From Candidatus Geothermarchaeota archaeon (GTDB lineage Archaea; Thermoproteota; Nitrososphaeria; Geothermarchaeales; JDFR-13), in contig WAKC01000050.1 of assembly GCA_015523605.1 (NCBI GenBank), positions 832 to 64,831 of the forward strand: a stretch of 64,000 nucleotides of DNA, in the 5' to 3' direction. Within the stretch, counting starts at the first letter, position 1. The number at the start of each line of letters is the position of its first letter. The notes under the pieces are model-generated. The model worked only from the letters and a program-made list of their open reading frames with translations. It was not told the DNA's origin and ran no database searches. A program made the position numbers and the translations under genes. Shown here in pieces: positions 25,863 through 36,643 of this stretch.

Positions 25863-27155
25863 ATGCCACATGAATATAGGGAGAAGTACGTCCCCCGCGG
25901 TGTATACCTGACTTGTAACGTCCTTATCGAACGTGGTGAGGGCCCCTTTGTATATGACTCCTCCGGTAGGGAGTATATAGATTTTACGACCGGAATTGCA
26001 GTCCTAAATCTTGGTCATAGACCTCCAAAGGTGGTTGAGGCTATTAAGGGTCAGGCCGATAAGTTCCTTCATCAATGTATCCATGTCGCCGATTATATGC
26101 CGTATCTAGAGCTGGCTAAAAGGCTCTCCGAGTCCTTCTTATGGGGTGAGGCCAAGACACTATTGTTGAATAGTGGTGCAGAGGCTCTTGAGAATGCGGT
26201 TAAAATATCTAGATATTACAGGAAGGCACCAGGTATCATAGTATTTGACTATGCATTTCATGGTAGGACACTTCTAACTATGTCTATGACCAGTAAATTC
26301 AGACCATATAAATATGGGTTCTATGCATATGCACCTGGCATTGTAAGACTTCCCTATCCCTACCCATATAGATGCGTATTTGGATCTTCATCTCCCGAGG
26401 AGTGTGGCGAGTTGGCTCTTGAATTTTTTGAACATGCTTTTAAAACCTATATTGATCCTGATGAAGCAGCTGCTGTCGTACTGGAGCCTGTTATTGGTGA
26501 AGGTGGATATATAGTTCCACCTAAAAACTTTGTCGAGGGAGTTGCCAAGATCACTAGAGAATATGGTATATTATATGTGAGTGACGAAGTGCAGACTGGT
26601 ATGGGGAGGACTGGAACCTTCTGGGCCATTGAACAGTTCAATGTTGAGCCTGATCTGATTACTGTGGGTAAGGCTGTTGCATCTGGTCTACCCCTCTCAG
26701 CCGTTATAGGTAGGAAGGATATTATGGACTCGGTCCACGAGGGTGGCTTGGGAGGCACCTTTGGAGGTAACCCAGTCTCTGCTGCGGCTGCTCTCGCAAC
26801 GGTTGAGGAGATTAGGAATGTTTTGGGTCATGCGAAGAAATTGGGTGAGTATATGGAGAAGAGGTTGGATGAACTGTATGATAAATATGATGTTATAGGT
26901 GAGCATAGGGGCCTTGGTCCTATGAGGGCTCTCGAGTTTGTAAAGGATAGAAGGAGTAAGGAGCCTTATAAGAAGTTTGTAGGTGAACTCATTCGTGAAG
27001 GGGTTAGAAATGGAATCCTACTATTATCTGCAGGGATCTATGGTAATGTGATTAGAGTGGTTCCACCTATCAATATTGAGTTTGAAGTGTTTGACGAGGG
27101 GGTTGAGAGACTAGAACGTAGTATTAAGAATGTTTTACAAGCTGTTGTAAGCTAG
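25863..27155 (+). CDS. class III aminotransferase (4-aminobutyrate / acetylornithine aminotransferase-like)
   Basis: DSSGREYIDFTTGIAVLNLGHRPP, the DEVQTGMGRTG block, and the PLP-Lys context TVGKAV. The track start is TTG 25827, but ATG 25863 (MPHEYREKY) is more plausible. Confidence 0.9.
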   Translation: MPHEYREKYVPRGVYLTCNVLIERGEGPFVYDSSGREYIDFTTGIAVLNLGHRPPKVVEAIKGQADKFLHQCIHVADYMPYLELAKRLSESFLWGEAKTLLLNSGAEALENAVKISRYYRKAPGIIVFDYAFHGRTLLTMSMTSKFRPYKYGFYAYAPGIVRLPYPYPYRCVFGSSSPEECGELALEFFEHAFKTYIDPDEAAAVVLEPVIGEGGYIVPPKNFVEGVAKITREYGILYVSDEVQTGMGRTGTFWAIEQFNVEPDLITVGKAVASGLPLSAVIGRKDIMDSVHEGGLGGTFGGNPVSAAAALATVEEIRNVLGHAKKLGEYMEKRLDELYDKYDVIGEHRGLGPMRALEFVKDRRSKEPYKKFVGELIREGVRNGILLLSAGIYGNVIRVVPPINIEFEVFDEGVERLERSIKNVLQAVVS

Positions 27156-27246
27156 ACCATATAAGTGTAACAAACTCTCAACACATTTTTACATATCTAA
27201 ACACTGTTTTTTCTTAACCAGATATATTTTCCTTTTTTGAGGGTAT

Positions 27247-27849
27247 ATGAGGAAGGTTGATGTCCCTGATATTGAAGTGGTAGAGAGGGTTGAGCTTCCA
27301 TCTGAGGAGACCGCCCTAGTAATTGTTGATATGCAGAATGATTTCGTGAAGGAGGGTGGTAAACTCAGAGTTCCAACGGCAGAGTCTACGGTGCCTAGTA
27401 TTAAAAAGCTTCTAGAGAAGGCCAGGTCTAAAGATGTACTCGTAATATATACACAGGATACCCACTATGAGGACGACCCTGAATATAGAATATGGGGTGA
27501 ACACGTTAGGTTTGGAACTTGGGGTTGGGAGATTATAGATGAGCTGAAGCCTATAGAAGATAGGGAGATTGTTGTTAGGAAGACCAGGTATGATGGTTTT
27601 TACGGAACACCACTAGATGATCTTCTCAGGATATATAATATTAAAAATCTCGTTATAGTAGGTACGGTTGCAAATATATGTGTCCTTCATACGGCTGGTA
27701 GCGCCGCCCTTAGATGGTATAAGGTTTATGTTCCAATGGACGGTATTAGTGCTCTAAATGAATTCGATTATTATGCGGCGTTGAGACAGATAAACTTCCT
27801 ATATAAAGGAGTTATAGTGGAGAATGTCAATGGTATAGAATTTGTCTAG
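27247..27849 (+). CDS. isochorismatase-family cysteine hydrolase (nicotinamidase-like)
   Basis: ALVIVDMQNDF, ...RKTRYDGF..., GTVANICVLHTA (the D/K/C triad context). Confidence 0.85.
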   Translation: MRKVDVPDIEVVERVELPSEETALVIVDMQNDFVKEGGKLRVPTAESTVPSIKKLLEKARSKDVLVIYTQDTHYEDDPEYRIWGEHVRFGTWGWEIIDELKPIEDREIVVRKTRYDGFYGTPLDDLLRIYNIKNLVIVGTVANICVLHTAGSAALRWYKVYVPMDGISALNEFDYYAALRQINFLYKGVIVENVNGIEFV

Positions 27850-28967
27850 ACCATCTCCTCTAACGTATGTCTAATCCTTTTTACAGCTTCCTCCAGCTTC
27901 TCTTTCTTCAAGGCTGTCGTGAATCTCACAAAGTCTGGATAGTCTCCAAAACCTGTTCCTGGTGAGACTGCCACCCTACCCAGTGTAAGTAGTTTCTCCA
28001 CAAATTCTATACCGTCTATACCCTCTGGAACCTTGGGGAAGAGGTATATACCTGCTTCAGGCTCTACCATTCTGAAACCGAGTTTCTTTAGTTCGTTCAT
28101 TAAATATCTAGTCTGTTCTTTATAGAATTTCCTATTCCTCTCTATAATATCCTTATTGTTTAAAGCCTCGAGTGCAGCGAACTGGATAAATGGTGGAACA
28201 CCTCCTAACACTAGCCTCATATACCTCGCGAATCTGGTTATGAGGTCCTTACTGGTCGATGCTATGAAGCCTACTCTGAATCCAGTCATTGCAAAGTTCT
28301 TGGAGAAGCTGAATATGGAGATGGTGTTGTCATAGTCGTATTCCAGGAAGGATGTGAATCTGGTCTTTCCATATGTAAGGTCGAAGTAGAGCTCGTCAGC
28401 AACTATGTATCCACCTTTTTCCGAGGCTATCTCAACTATTTTATCGATGGTTTCTTTTGGGAGTATAGTTCCCGTCGGGTTGGAGGGGTTCACCAGGGAT
28501 ATTATATCTGTTTCACCGAACTTCCTTATTTCTTCGTCTGTTGGTATCCATCTATTTTCAAATTCGCTCCTTATACTTACTACTTCCAGGTCTATTACTT
28601 TTGAGAATGAGTGGTAAAGACCCCAGATAGGCTCTAGAACCCCTATCCTCTTCTTATTTAGGAGTCTGAGTGTGAGGTAGATCGCTACTTTTCCACCCGG
28701 TGTTAAACATATATTATCCCTATCTAGGTCGGTATCCAACTTACTATTTAGATATTCTGCTATCGCGTCTCTCAACTCTGGAAGCCCCTGTGAAAATCCA
28801 TAGTGTGTATATCCCTCTAGAGCAGCTCTATACATAGCGTCGATTATCCTCTTATCCGTATCTAGCTCAGGATCTCCAATCTCCATATGGATAATATCCA
28901 AACCTTTGGCCTCCAACTCTCTAGCTATCCTCGATATTCTATAATGGGGGGGCTCATTCGAATCCAT
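27846..28967 (-). CDS. class I/II PLP aminotransferase (aspartate aminotransferase-like)
   Basis: 373 aa with NPSNPTG and SFSKNFAMTGFRVG (PLP-Lys). Confidence 0.9.
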   Translation of the reverse strand: MDSNEPPHYRISRIARELEAKGLDIIHMEIGDPELDTDKRIIDAMYRAALEGYTHYGFSQGLPELRDAIAEYLNSKLDTDLDRDNICLTPGGKVAIYLTLRLLNKKRIGVLEPIWGLYHSFSKVIDLEVVSIRSEFENRWIPTDEEIRKFGETDIISLVNPSNPTGTILPKETIDKIVEIASEKGGYIVADELYFDLTYGKTRFTSFLEYDYDNTISIFSFSKNFAMTGFRVGFIASTSKDLITRFARYMRLVLGGVPPFIQFAALEALNNKDIIERNRKFYKEQTRYLMNELKKLGFRMVEPEAGIYLFPKVPEGIDGIEFVEKLLTLGRVAVSPGTGFGDYPDFVRFTTALKKEKLEEAVKRIRHTLEEMV

Positions 28968-29069
28968 AATCTACATCTCCTCCCATGGGTTCTGAATCGT
29001 CTTTATATATTCAAGTAGGTTTATCTCATAAATATATTAGGCGTTTAGGTTGTTCATGCCGGTCTCTGG

Positions 29070-30461
29070 GTGGTTTATGTGAAGCAGTATAGTATCATAT
29101 ATTATCTTAGGAATGACTTCGAATTGGTCGTTGAAAGTTTGAAGAAGAGGTTCCTTGATGTTGATCTTGCATATAAGGCTAGGAAGTTGGATGAGGATAT
29201 TAGGCTGTTAAGGAGGGAGGTGGACTCTCTCAAGGCGGAGAAAAATAAGCTTACAAAGCAGCTTCCTAAAGCCTCTGATGAGGATAGGCGGGTATTGATT
29301 GAGAAGGCCCGTGAATTGGATAGGAAGATAACTTCTAAGATGGAGGTTTTAAAGTCTTTGGAGAAGCAGTTTAATGATGTTCTCAACAAGATTCCTAATG
29401 TAGTGGCGGATGATGTGCCGGTAGCTCCTGACGAGTCTGGAAATAAGGTTTTACGGTATTGGGGTCGGCCGAAGGTTATGGAGTCACATCTTGATGTCTT
29501 CATCGAGTATACAAAGGGTTTCGATGTCGACTATGAAATTATTGACTATAAAGTTACGCCCCATGCCGACTGGAGTGAAGATAGTGGATTAGTGGATACA
29601 TTGAGGGCGGGTAAAGCAGCGGGGTCGAGATTCTACTATATGTTTAAAGATTTAGTCCTCCTAGAGATTGCTTTAACAGCTTATGCAATGGATTTCCTGA
29701 TTAAGAAGGGTTTTATCCCCGTTGAGACACCCCATATGGTTAGGCAGAGGGTTATGGAGGGAGCCGCATTCTTTGAGGCTTTCCAGGAAACTTTATACAA
29801 GACTTGTGATGAGGATCTATATTTGATAGCTACTAGTGAACAGTCCATCGCGGGATTTTATCTCGATGAAGTCCTTGAGGAGGGTGAGCTCCCAGTAAAA
29901 TTCGCGGGTTGGTCTCCATGTTATAGGCGTGAAGCCGGGGCCCATGGGAGGGATATGAAGGGTATATTCAGGGTCCACCAGTTTAATAAGATTGAGCAGT
30001 TCATATTCTCACATCCGGATGAATCGGAGATGTATCATGAAGAGCTAATAAATAATGCTGAGGAGCTCTATAAAGGTCTTGGACTTCCATATAGGGTTGT
30101 AGTCATAGCTAGTGGTGAGATGAATAGATTGGCGGTTAAGCAATATGACCTTGAGGTCTGGATGCCGGCACAGGGTAAGTATAGGGAGCTCGTATCGGCG
30201 AGCAACTGTACTGATTGGCAGGCCTATAGATTAAATATTAGATATACGGATAAACGTGGCCACCCGATTAAGGGTTATGTCCATACCTTAAATGGTACTG
30301 CGATTGCGGTGCAGAGGACTCTAACCGCGATTATAGAGAATTATCAGGATGCGGAGGGAAAGGTTGAGATACCCACCGTATTAAGGAGATATCTCTCGGC
30401 ATTTGGATATGGCGACAAGAAACATATTGAACCCCTAGAATTACCAGGTGGTAAACCTTGA
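29070..30461 (+). CDS. serS: seryl-tRNA synthetase
   Basis: The N-terminal coiled-coil arm is followed by class II motifs (FRVHQFNKIEQF, TLNGTAIAVQRTLTAIIENYQ). GTG start. Confidence 0.95.
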   Translation: MVYVKQYSIIYYLRNDFELVVESLKKRFLDVDLAYKARKLDEDIRLLRREVDSLKAEKNKLTKQLPKASDEDRRVLIEKARELDRKITSKMEVLKSLEKQFNDVLNKIPNVVADDVPVAPDESGNKVLRYWGRPKVMESHLDVFIEYTKGFDVDYEIIDYKVTPHADWSEDSGLVDTLRAGKAAGSRFYYMFKDLVLLEIALTAYAMDFLIKKGFIPVETPHMVRQRVMEGAAFFEAFQETLYKTCDEDLYLIATSEQSIAGFYLDEVLEEGELPVKFAGWSPCYRREAGAHGRDMKGIFRVHQFNKIEQFIFSHPDESEMYHEELINNAEELYKGLGLPYRVVVIASGEMNRLAVKQYDLEVWMPAQGKYRELVSASNCTDWQAYRLNIRYTDKRGHPIKGYVHTLNGTAIAVQRTLTAIIENYQDAEGKVEIPTVLRRYLSAFGYGDKKHIEPLELPGGKP

Positions 30462-30976
30462 TACTGAGTGACACTGATATTAAGAGGCTTCTAGATACGG
30501 GAGAGCTGGTGATAGAACCTCTTCATGAGGATACCATTAGGGAGAATGGTGTAGACCTTAGATTCTCAGGATATATCGGTAAAGTGGGTAAGAAAATTGT
30601 TTTTGAGCCTGGATCTACAGATCCAGATGAGGTCTTTGAAGAGGTCTATGTGGATGAGTATGTCATTAACCCAGGTGAGTTTATAATCCTCTCTACCCTG
30701 GAATATGTAAAGCTCTCAGAGTCTCTAATGGGTTTTATAAATCTTAGGAGTAGTTTTGCAAGATTGGGCCTTATATTATCCCCTACCATTGTAGACGCTG
30801 GTTTTGAGGGTAACCTTACAGTGGGTCTCTACTCATCCACTCTACCTGTTAAAATCTCCAGGGGGACTCGTTTTCTACATCTAGTTTTTGGTAGGCTGGG
30901 CTCCAAATCATCCAATCCTTATAGTGGACGGTATAGGGGGGTTAGAGGGTTGGCTAAACCCTTTACCATAAAGTGA
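30458..30976 (+). CDS. dcd: dCTP deaminase
   Basis: MILSDTDIKRLLDTGELVIEP..., ...IVDAGFEG.LT. 172 aa, with a 4-nt overlap onto serS. Confidence 0.9.
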   Translation: MILSDTDIKRLLDTGELVIEPLHEDTIRENGVDLRFSGYIGKVGKKIVFEPGSTDPDEVFEEVYVDEYVINPGEFIILSTLEYVKLSESLMGFINLRSSFARLGLILSPTIVDAGFEGNLTVGLYSSTLPVKISRGTRFLHLVFGRLGSKSSNPYSGRYRGVRGLAKPFTIK

Positions 30977-31637
30977 CCTGAGTGATCCTTCCCTGTATTA
31001 TATCATCGACTGTTATCTTATGGAGTTTCATGTCATTCTTAATCTTTTCAGCGGCTTTATGGGCCCTTCTCAAGGGCTCTGGGAGTCTATAAAGCCTCAT
31101 CTTCTCAACTATCTTTACAGCCGTGTCCAGAGAGACCATGTGACCTACACTTACATAGATGTTTTTGTTTAGCTTTACCCCGAGTATATCATTTCCATCT
31201 ATTATTTTACCGCCATTATGTTCTGAGCCGAATAGCGGTGACTTAGCCACTCCGATTGTTGGGATACCAAGTATTACTCCTAAGTGTGATGCAGCTCCGA
31301 ATCTCCGGGGATGTATCTTGCCATGGGCATCAACTAGGACTACATCAGGCCTAGTCCTCAACCTTTTAATGGCCTTTGCCATTGCTGGGATCTCCCTAAA
31401 CGCTAAGAGGGTTGGGATATAAGGTATGTTTATCTTATGGGCTGAGACGGCGGTCTCAATCACATGAAGCCCGTCGAAGTCCATTAATACAGCAACTCCT
31501 ATGGCATAGTCCCCTACATATGCTAGGTCTACTCCTGCTACATTCCTTGGTGGGAAGACAAACATATCCTTCTCAATAATTTTTCGAGAGAGTAACCTCT
31601 GAACCTTTATAGCTTTTTTAGCATCGAATATAGACAA
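30963..31637 (-). CDS. nfi: endonuclease V
   Basis: VAGVDLAY...PYIPTLLAFREIP...VLVDAHGKIHPRRFGAASHLGV...PTIGVAK. Confidence 0.9.
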   Translation of the reverse strand: MSIFDAKKAIKVQRLLSRKIIEKDMFVFPPRNVAGVDLAYVGDYAIGVAVLMDFDGLHVIETAVSAHKINIPYIPTLLAFREIPAMAKAIKRLRTRPDVVLVDAHGKIHPRRFGAASHLGVILGIPTIGVAKSPLFGSEHNGGKIIDGNDILGVKLNKNIYVSVGHMVSLDTAVKIVEKMRLYRLPEPLRRAHKAAEKIKNDMKLHKITVDDIIQGRITQVTLW

Positions 31638-31718
31638 TGGTGACCACCACCATACGATAGGTCTCCATCAAGATGAATCTGAGGGGGTAATATTAATCTT
31701 ATTATCTATACTATTGAA

Positions 31719-33335
31719 TTAAATCCTTATCTTAAGTTTTTGTGCCGCCTCTATTAATCCTCTGAACAGTGGTGACGGACTGCAGTATCTAGATTTAAAT
31801 TCTGGATGTGCCTGTGTAGCTATGTAGAATGGATGAGTCTTCTGTGTCAACTCTACAAATTCTACCCTTCCATCATAGCTATATCCAGCAATTCTAAAAT
31901 CTCCATCGAAAATGGCATCAATATATTTCGGGTTTACCTCATATCTATGTCTATGCCTCTCATATACCTCCTTCTGACCATATAGTCTGTAGGCTAGGGT
32001 ACCCTCTTCCAGTAGGATCTTATATGCTCCTAATCTCATTGTACCTCCATATTCATCCAATCCTTTCTGGGTCTCCATAAGATCAATAACTGGGTATGGA
32101 GTGCCGGGGTCTAATTCTGTACTATTTGCTCTCTCCATACCCTTAACATTCCTTGCATATTCTACTACCATTAGCTGAAGGCCGAAGCATATGCCTAGGG
32201 TTGGAATATTATTCTCTCTAAGGAATTGTATAGCTCTTATCTTGCCTTCAGCCCCCCTTCTACCGAAACCCGGTAGGATAACGGCTCCACTAACACTGGA
32301 TAACTCCTCCTCAACATCTAGTTTTCCATTCTCGATATCGGTGGATTCGATCCACCTAATTATTGGTTTTACATTATTTGATACTCCAGCATGTTTCAAC
32401 GCCTCTATGATGCTTAGATAGCTATCCCTCAACTTGGTATATTTGCCTATGAGAGCTATCTCAACCTCCCTATTTATCCTCTTCCATCTATCTACATATT
32501 CCCTAAGCTCGGATAGGTCGGTCTTCCTAGGCTCTAGACCCAATCTGTTTAATATCTTGTCTCCTACGTTCTGACTTTCAAGGATCAATGGAACCTCGTA
32601 TATAACCTCTACATTATGGGAGGATATGACCATATCTTCGGGTATATTACCATATAAAGCTATCTTGCTTATCGATTCTTTAATAAGTTTCGTCTTACAC
32701 CGTGCTATAATCATGTCAGGCTGTATACCTATCCTCCTAAGTTCTTGGATACTATGCTGTAGTGGCTTCGTCTTCTGTTCACCTGTTATCTCTAGAATAG
32801 GTACCAAGCCTACGTGAATAAACATTGTATTGTTAAAGCCTACTTCAATCCTTATCTGCCTAATAGCCTCTAGGAATGGAAGTCCCTCGATATCCCCTAC
32901 AGTTCCGCCTATCTCGACTATACCTATATCTGCCCCATCCTTTTTAATAGCGTTTTTTATCAACCTTTTTATCTCATCTGTTACATGAGGGATTATCTGG
33001 ACGCATTTACCTAAGTATCTACCCTTCCTCTCCTTCTGTATAACATTCCAATAGACCTGTCCAGTGGTGATGTTGTTATGCTTCCCAAGATTTTTACATA
33101 GAAATCTCTCATAATGACCTATATCCAAATCTGTTTCTCCCCCATCCTCCGTCACAAAGACTTCCCCATGCATATATGGATTCATCGTCCCAGCATCTAC
33201 GTTGATATAAGGGTCTATCTTCACCGCGGTCACATTATAGCCTCTTGACTGGATGATTTTTGCTATCGAGGCGGTTGTTATCCCCTTTCCTACGCTGGAT
33301 AGGACTCCCCCTGTGATGAAAATATATTTCACCAT
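31719..33335 (-). CDS. pyrG: CTP synthase
   Basis: [19 protein letters not shown]..., and a glutamine amidotransferase half with GICFGLQ. 538 aa. Confidence 0.97.
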   Translation of the reverse strand: MVKYIFITGGVLSSVGKGITTASIAKIIQSRGYNVTAVKIDPYINVDAGTMNPYMHGEVFVTEDGGETDLDIGHYERFLCKNLGKHNNITTGQVYWNVIQKERKGRYLGKCVQIIPHVTDEIKRLIKNAIKKDGADIGIVEIGGTVGDIEGLPFLEAIRQIRIEVGFNNTMFIHVGLVPILEITGEQKTKPLQHSIQELRRIGIQPDMIIARCKTKLIKESISKIALYGNIPEDMVISSHNVEVIYEVPLILESQNVGDKILNRLGLEPRKTDLSELREYVDRWKRINREVEIALIGKYTKLRDSYLSIIEALKHAGVSNNVKPIIRWIESTDIENGKLDVEEELSSVSGAVILPGFGRRGAEGKIRAIQFLRENNIPTLGICFGLQLMVVEYARNVKGMERANSTELDPGTPYPVIDLMETQKGLDEYGGTMRLGAYKILLEEGTLAYRLYGQKEVYERHRHRYEVNPKYIDAIFDGDFRIAGYSYDGRVEFVELTQKTHPFYIATQAHPEFKSRYCSPSPLFRGLIEAAQKLKIRI

Positions 33336-33431
33336 TTTGAATCCACGATAAAGTTATGGGGATGGTGAGTATATAGTTTTTTCTATAGAGGATATATCTA
33401 TGTTAATATCCTAATCACTACAGTATTTATT

Positions 33432-33893
33432 ATGGTCGTTATGTCTAAGGGTATGGTCGATATAACAGGTAAAGAATTTGTTTATAGAGAGGCTAGGGCA
33501 AGAGGACGTATCTATTTAAAGGGTGAGACTATTCGGCTGATTAAAAATGGAGAGGTTGAGAAGGGAGATGTTCTTGAATCTTCTAAGGTGGCGGCTATAA
33601 ATGGCGTTAAGAATACACCGTCGATTCTTCCGTACTGCCATCCAATCCGGATCACCGGGATTGATGTGGATTTTGAATTAGGTGATGATTATATCGAGAT
33701 GGTAGTAACCGTAAAGTCTATTGAGCAGACTGGTGTGGAGATGGATGCTCTTACAGGATTAATGGCTGGACTACTATGTATATGGGACATGGTTAAAAAG
33801 TATGAGAAAGATGAGGGTGGTAACTATCCATATACTAGGATTGCAGATGTCTATGTAGAGTATAAGAAGAAGGTTAAGGTTGAAAATCTCTAG
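33432..33893 (+). CDS. moaC: cyclic pyranopterin monophosphate synthase MoaC
   Basis: MVDITGKE...AAINGVKNTPSILPYCHP...GVEMDALTG. Confidence 0.9.
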   Translation: MVVMSKGMVDITGKEFVYREARARGRIYLKGETIRLIKNGEVEKGDVLESSKVAAINGVKNTPSILPYCHPIRITGIDVDFELGDDYIEMVVTVKSIEQTGVEMDALTGLMAGLLCIWDMVKKYEKDEGGNYPYTRIADVYVEYKKKVKVENL

Positions 33894-33937
33894 GTTATAA
33901 CTTCATTAAGGAATGGTTCTATAGGAGGTGAGATACT

Positions 33938-34459
33938 GTGAAGTATTTCGGTGATATATATGGTAAGCCCCAGGTTATAATAGCTACAGTCAGTTCGAGG
34001 AGATATAAAAATTTGTTGGAAGAGGGGATGTATAAGGATGAGTCTGGAGACCTGGCTGAATCGCTTTTCGAAAGGGCTGGTTATAGAAGTATAAAGAGGG
34101 TATTGATCAGAGATGATCCCGATATGATTAAGAATATTATTAACATGGCGGTTAAAGAGGGCTTCGACATAGTTGTCTTCATCGGCGGCACGGGTGTAGC
34201 TAAGGATGATGTGACTGTCGAGACTATAAAGAAGTTTCTCGATAAAGAGTTGCCAGGATTCCACGTTTTATATACATTATATAGTGAACGTGAGATAGGG
34301 GTTAGAGCACAGGCTTCGAGAGCAACAGCAGGTTTCCATAAAGATGTCTTGATATATGCTATTCCCGGTTCGCCTAGGGCTGTGAAGCTCTGTATTGAGA
34401 AGCTGATCCTTCCAGAGGCTGAACATCTAATAAAGATTAGAAAGGGATTTAAGCATTGA
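33938..34459 (+). CDS. moaB: molybdenum cofactor biosynthesis protein MoaB/MogA family
   Basis: 173 aa with DIVVFIGGTGVAKDDVT and ...IPGSPRAV. GTG start. Confidence 0.8.
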   Translation: MKYFGDIYGKPQVIIATVSSRRYKNLLEEGMYKDESGDLAESLFERAGYRSIKRVLIRDDPDMIKNIINMAVKEGFDIVVFIGGTGVAKDDVTVETIKKFLDKELPGFHVLYTLYSEREIGVRAQASRATAGFHKDVLIYAIPGSPRAVKLCIEKLILPEAEHLIKIRKGFKH

Positions 34460-34610
34460 ATTAGGTCTGGATAATATAAATAAGCGGGCGCTATCTGGGT
34501 AGTGTTGATTCACCATCAGCTTCAAATGGGATATTGTATTAAACTTTAGACCTTAATATTATTTCGAGATGTAGGTTTATGGTAAAGAATAATTACTTAA
34601 AATATTTTAT

Positions 34611-34628
34611 GCTTTCTTCGAAGGAAGC
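34611..34628. promoter_or_regulatory. near-perfect 18-bp palindrome in the long leader region of the Mo-oxidoreductase operon
   Basis: GCTTTCTTCGAAGGAAGC is centred on TCGA, with one symmetric mismatch pair. It lies in the 279-bp spacer, the longest in the window. Confidence 0.25.
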
Positions 34629-34738
34629 CTTTCTATAATTTAAGTATTAGGTATATATATAAAATATTGTATTATATATGGATATATGTCTGTTTCTCTG
34701 AGTATAATTCAGTATAAGCTAGTTTAAATGAGGTGTAA

Positions 34739-35428
34739 TTGATGTCCTTGAAAAATGGCGATAACGGCTCTGTAGATGGTAAGAGGAGGGACTTCATTAA
34801 GAAGGCTTCGTTGGCTACTGGTTTGATATTAGTAGGTACTAAGACTTCATTGGTGAGAGCTGAGGAGGAGTTGCGTGGAAAGAGGTTTGCCATGTTCATC
34901 GATGTCGAGAAGTGTTATGGATGTTACTCATGTGTAGTTGCCTGTGCCCATGAGAATAATGTCCCAGTAGGTGTTTTCAGGACATGGATTGAGAGGTATG
35001 TAGGGTCTAACGGTAAAGTAGTTTTCGTCCCTAAACAATGTAACCAGTGTGACGATCCTTCATGTGTATATGTGTGTCCGGTTAATGCTACGTATGTTAA
35101 TGAGGACGGCATCGTTTTGATAAACGACGACATATGTATTGGTTGTGGCGCTTGTATACAGAACTGTCCCTATGGAGCTAGGTTCTTTAATCCGGTTAAG
35201 GGTGTTGCTGATAAGTGTACCTTCTGTAGCCATAGAATCTATCAAGGGTTACTACCTGCATGTGTAGAGGCTTGTCCCACCGGAGCTAGGGTATTTGGTT
35301 CATTGGCTGAAGAGGATAGTGAGTTGTCTAGGATGATTAAGACCTATAAGACGCAGAGACTTAAGACTTGGACAGGTAACGAACCACAGATTTACTATAA
35401 GGATCTTCCTGAGGAGGCGAATGTATGA
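34739..35428 (+). CDS. 4Fe-4S ferredoxin-type electron-transfer subunit of a Mo-bisPGD oxidoreductase (TtrB/PsrB/NrfC-like), Tat signal
   Basis: The N-terminus is KRRDFIKKASLATGLILVG. It has four Cys clusters: CYGCYSCVVAC, CNQCDDPSCVYVCP, CIGCGACIQNCP, CTFCSHR...ACVEACP. Confidence 0.9.
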   Translation: MMSLKNGDNGSVDGKRRDFIKKASLATGLILVGTKTSLVRAEEELRGKRFAMFIDVEKCYGCYSCVVACAHENNVPVGVFRTWIERYVGSNGKVVFVPKQCNQCDDPSCVYVCPVNATYVNEDGIVLINDDICIGCGACIQNCPYGARFFNPVKGVADKCTFCSHRIYQGLLPACVEACPTGARVFGSLAEEDSELSRMIKTYKTQRLKTWTGNEPQIYYKDLPEEANV

Positions 35429-36641
35429 GGAGGTGGTGGATATGGATTTGATGAGCTATCTAATTGATCTACTCTTGAATATCCTACCCAATGAACTAAG
35501 CTATGACCATAGAGTTGGCGGTGTTATATGGGGTATCTTAATTGTACTATATCCCTTCTTCACAGGGCTGATTGCAGGGTCCTTTGTAGTCAGTAGCTTG
35601 GCTTATGGATTCGGGAATAAGAAGTATTATAAGATTGCTGGTCTTGCGTTATTACTATCCGGAGCTTTAATGACGGCTCCACTATTTCCTATGGTCGAGC
35701 TTAAACAGCCTGAGAGAGCGACACTGATATTTACCAATCCCCACATATTCCCGAGTGAGACATATCCAGGAGTCTCGCCAATGGCTGTATTTGGAGTAGT
35801 ATATCTAGCCTATCTAATCGTGTTAGCAATTGAGATAATCTTTACATTCAGAGCGGATATGGCTAAGAGGTATGAGGAAAAGGGTGGCATTCTAAACAGG
35901 ATCTTCTCACTGGGTATGGGTTATGATGAGACCGTGGTTAAAAGGGACAGGGCAATTGTTAAAACATTAGCCTTAATAGGAATCCCATTGGCTGCTACGT
36001 TCCACGCATATGTTGGATTCCTGTTCTCAAGTATTAAGGCGAGACCTTTGTGGATAGACCCGATTATACCGGCTCATTTCCTTGCTTCAGCGGTATTTTC
36101 AGGCTCGGCTCTGCTAGTTATAGCCTACTATATCTTCACCAAACTCTCTAGTGAGAAAGCGCTGGATGTTGATCTCTTAAAGGGGCTTGGGGGTATTATG
36201 ATGTGGTCGTTACTGATTGCCATGGGTCTAGAGTTGATCTCTGAAGCGTCCAGAACCTATTACAGCCTGCCAGGAGAGGGTATGCTATTTTATGAGGAGC
36301 TTATCTCTGAGATGGGTATAAGAACGCCGTATTATGCATTGTCCATACTGATTCTAGTGCTACTCTTGATACCACAGCTTAGGAGTAACGTTAAGGTATT
36401 GATGTTGACGTCTCTCTTGGCGCTAGTGCAAGTATTTATGTATAGATGGATGTCTGTATTGACTCCTCAGCTACTCTCAAGGACTGCTATGGGTCTCCTA
36501 GAATATAATATTGAGTTCCTTGAGTTGAGGTTGAGTATCGGCGTTGTTGCATTGACCTTCCTTGTTTTCATTATATTGGTATGGATATTCCCGTGGAATG
36601 GTAGGTTTGCAACTCATCGTGATGAATTGGAGGTGGTGTAA
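35421..36641 (+). CDS. NrfD/PsrC/TtrC-like integral membrane (quinol-interacting) subunit
   Basis: 406 aa with about 9-10 hydrophobic helices. It sits between the FeS and catalytic subunits and its start overlaps the upstream stop. Confidence 0.75.
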   Translation: MYEEVVDMDLMSYLIDLLLNILPNELSYDHRVGGVIWGILIVLYPFFTGLIAGSFVVSSLAYGFGNKKYYKIAGLALLLSGALMTAPLFPMVELKQPERATLIFTNPHIFPSETYPGVSPMAVFGVVYLAYLIVLAIEIIFTFRADMAKRYEEKGGILNRIFSLGMGYDETVVKRDRAIVKTLALIGIPLAATFHAYVGFLFSSIKARPLWIDPIIPAHFLASAVFSGSALLVIAYYIFTKLSSEKALDVDLLKGLGGIMMWSLLIAMGLELISEASRTYYSLPGEGMLFYEELISEMGIRTPYYALSILILVLLLIPQLRSNVKVLMLTSLLALVQVFMYRWMSVLTPQLLSRTAMGLLEYNIEFLELRLSIGVVALTFLVFIILVWIFPWNGRFATHRDELEVV

Positions 36642-36643
36642 AG

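Noticed and set aside
31636-31690. ATGGTGA ... GATGAATCTGA in the nfi-pyrG spacer, superficially C/D-like
   Set aside because: The box spacing is wrong (no 12-nt guide before a CUGA, and C'/D are adjacent), and there is no terminal stem on either strand.
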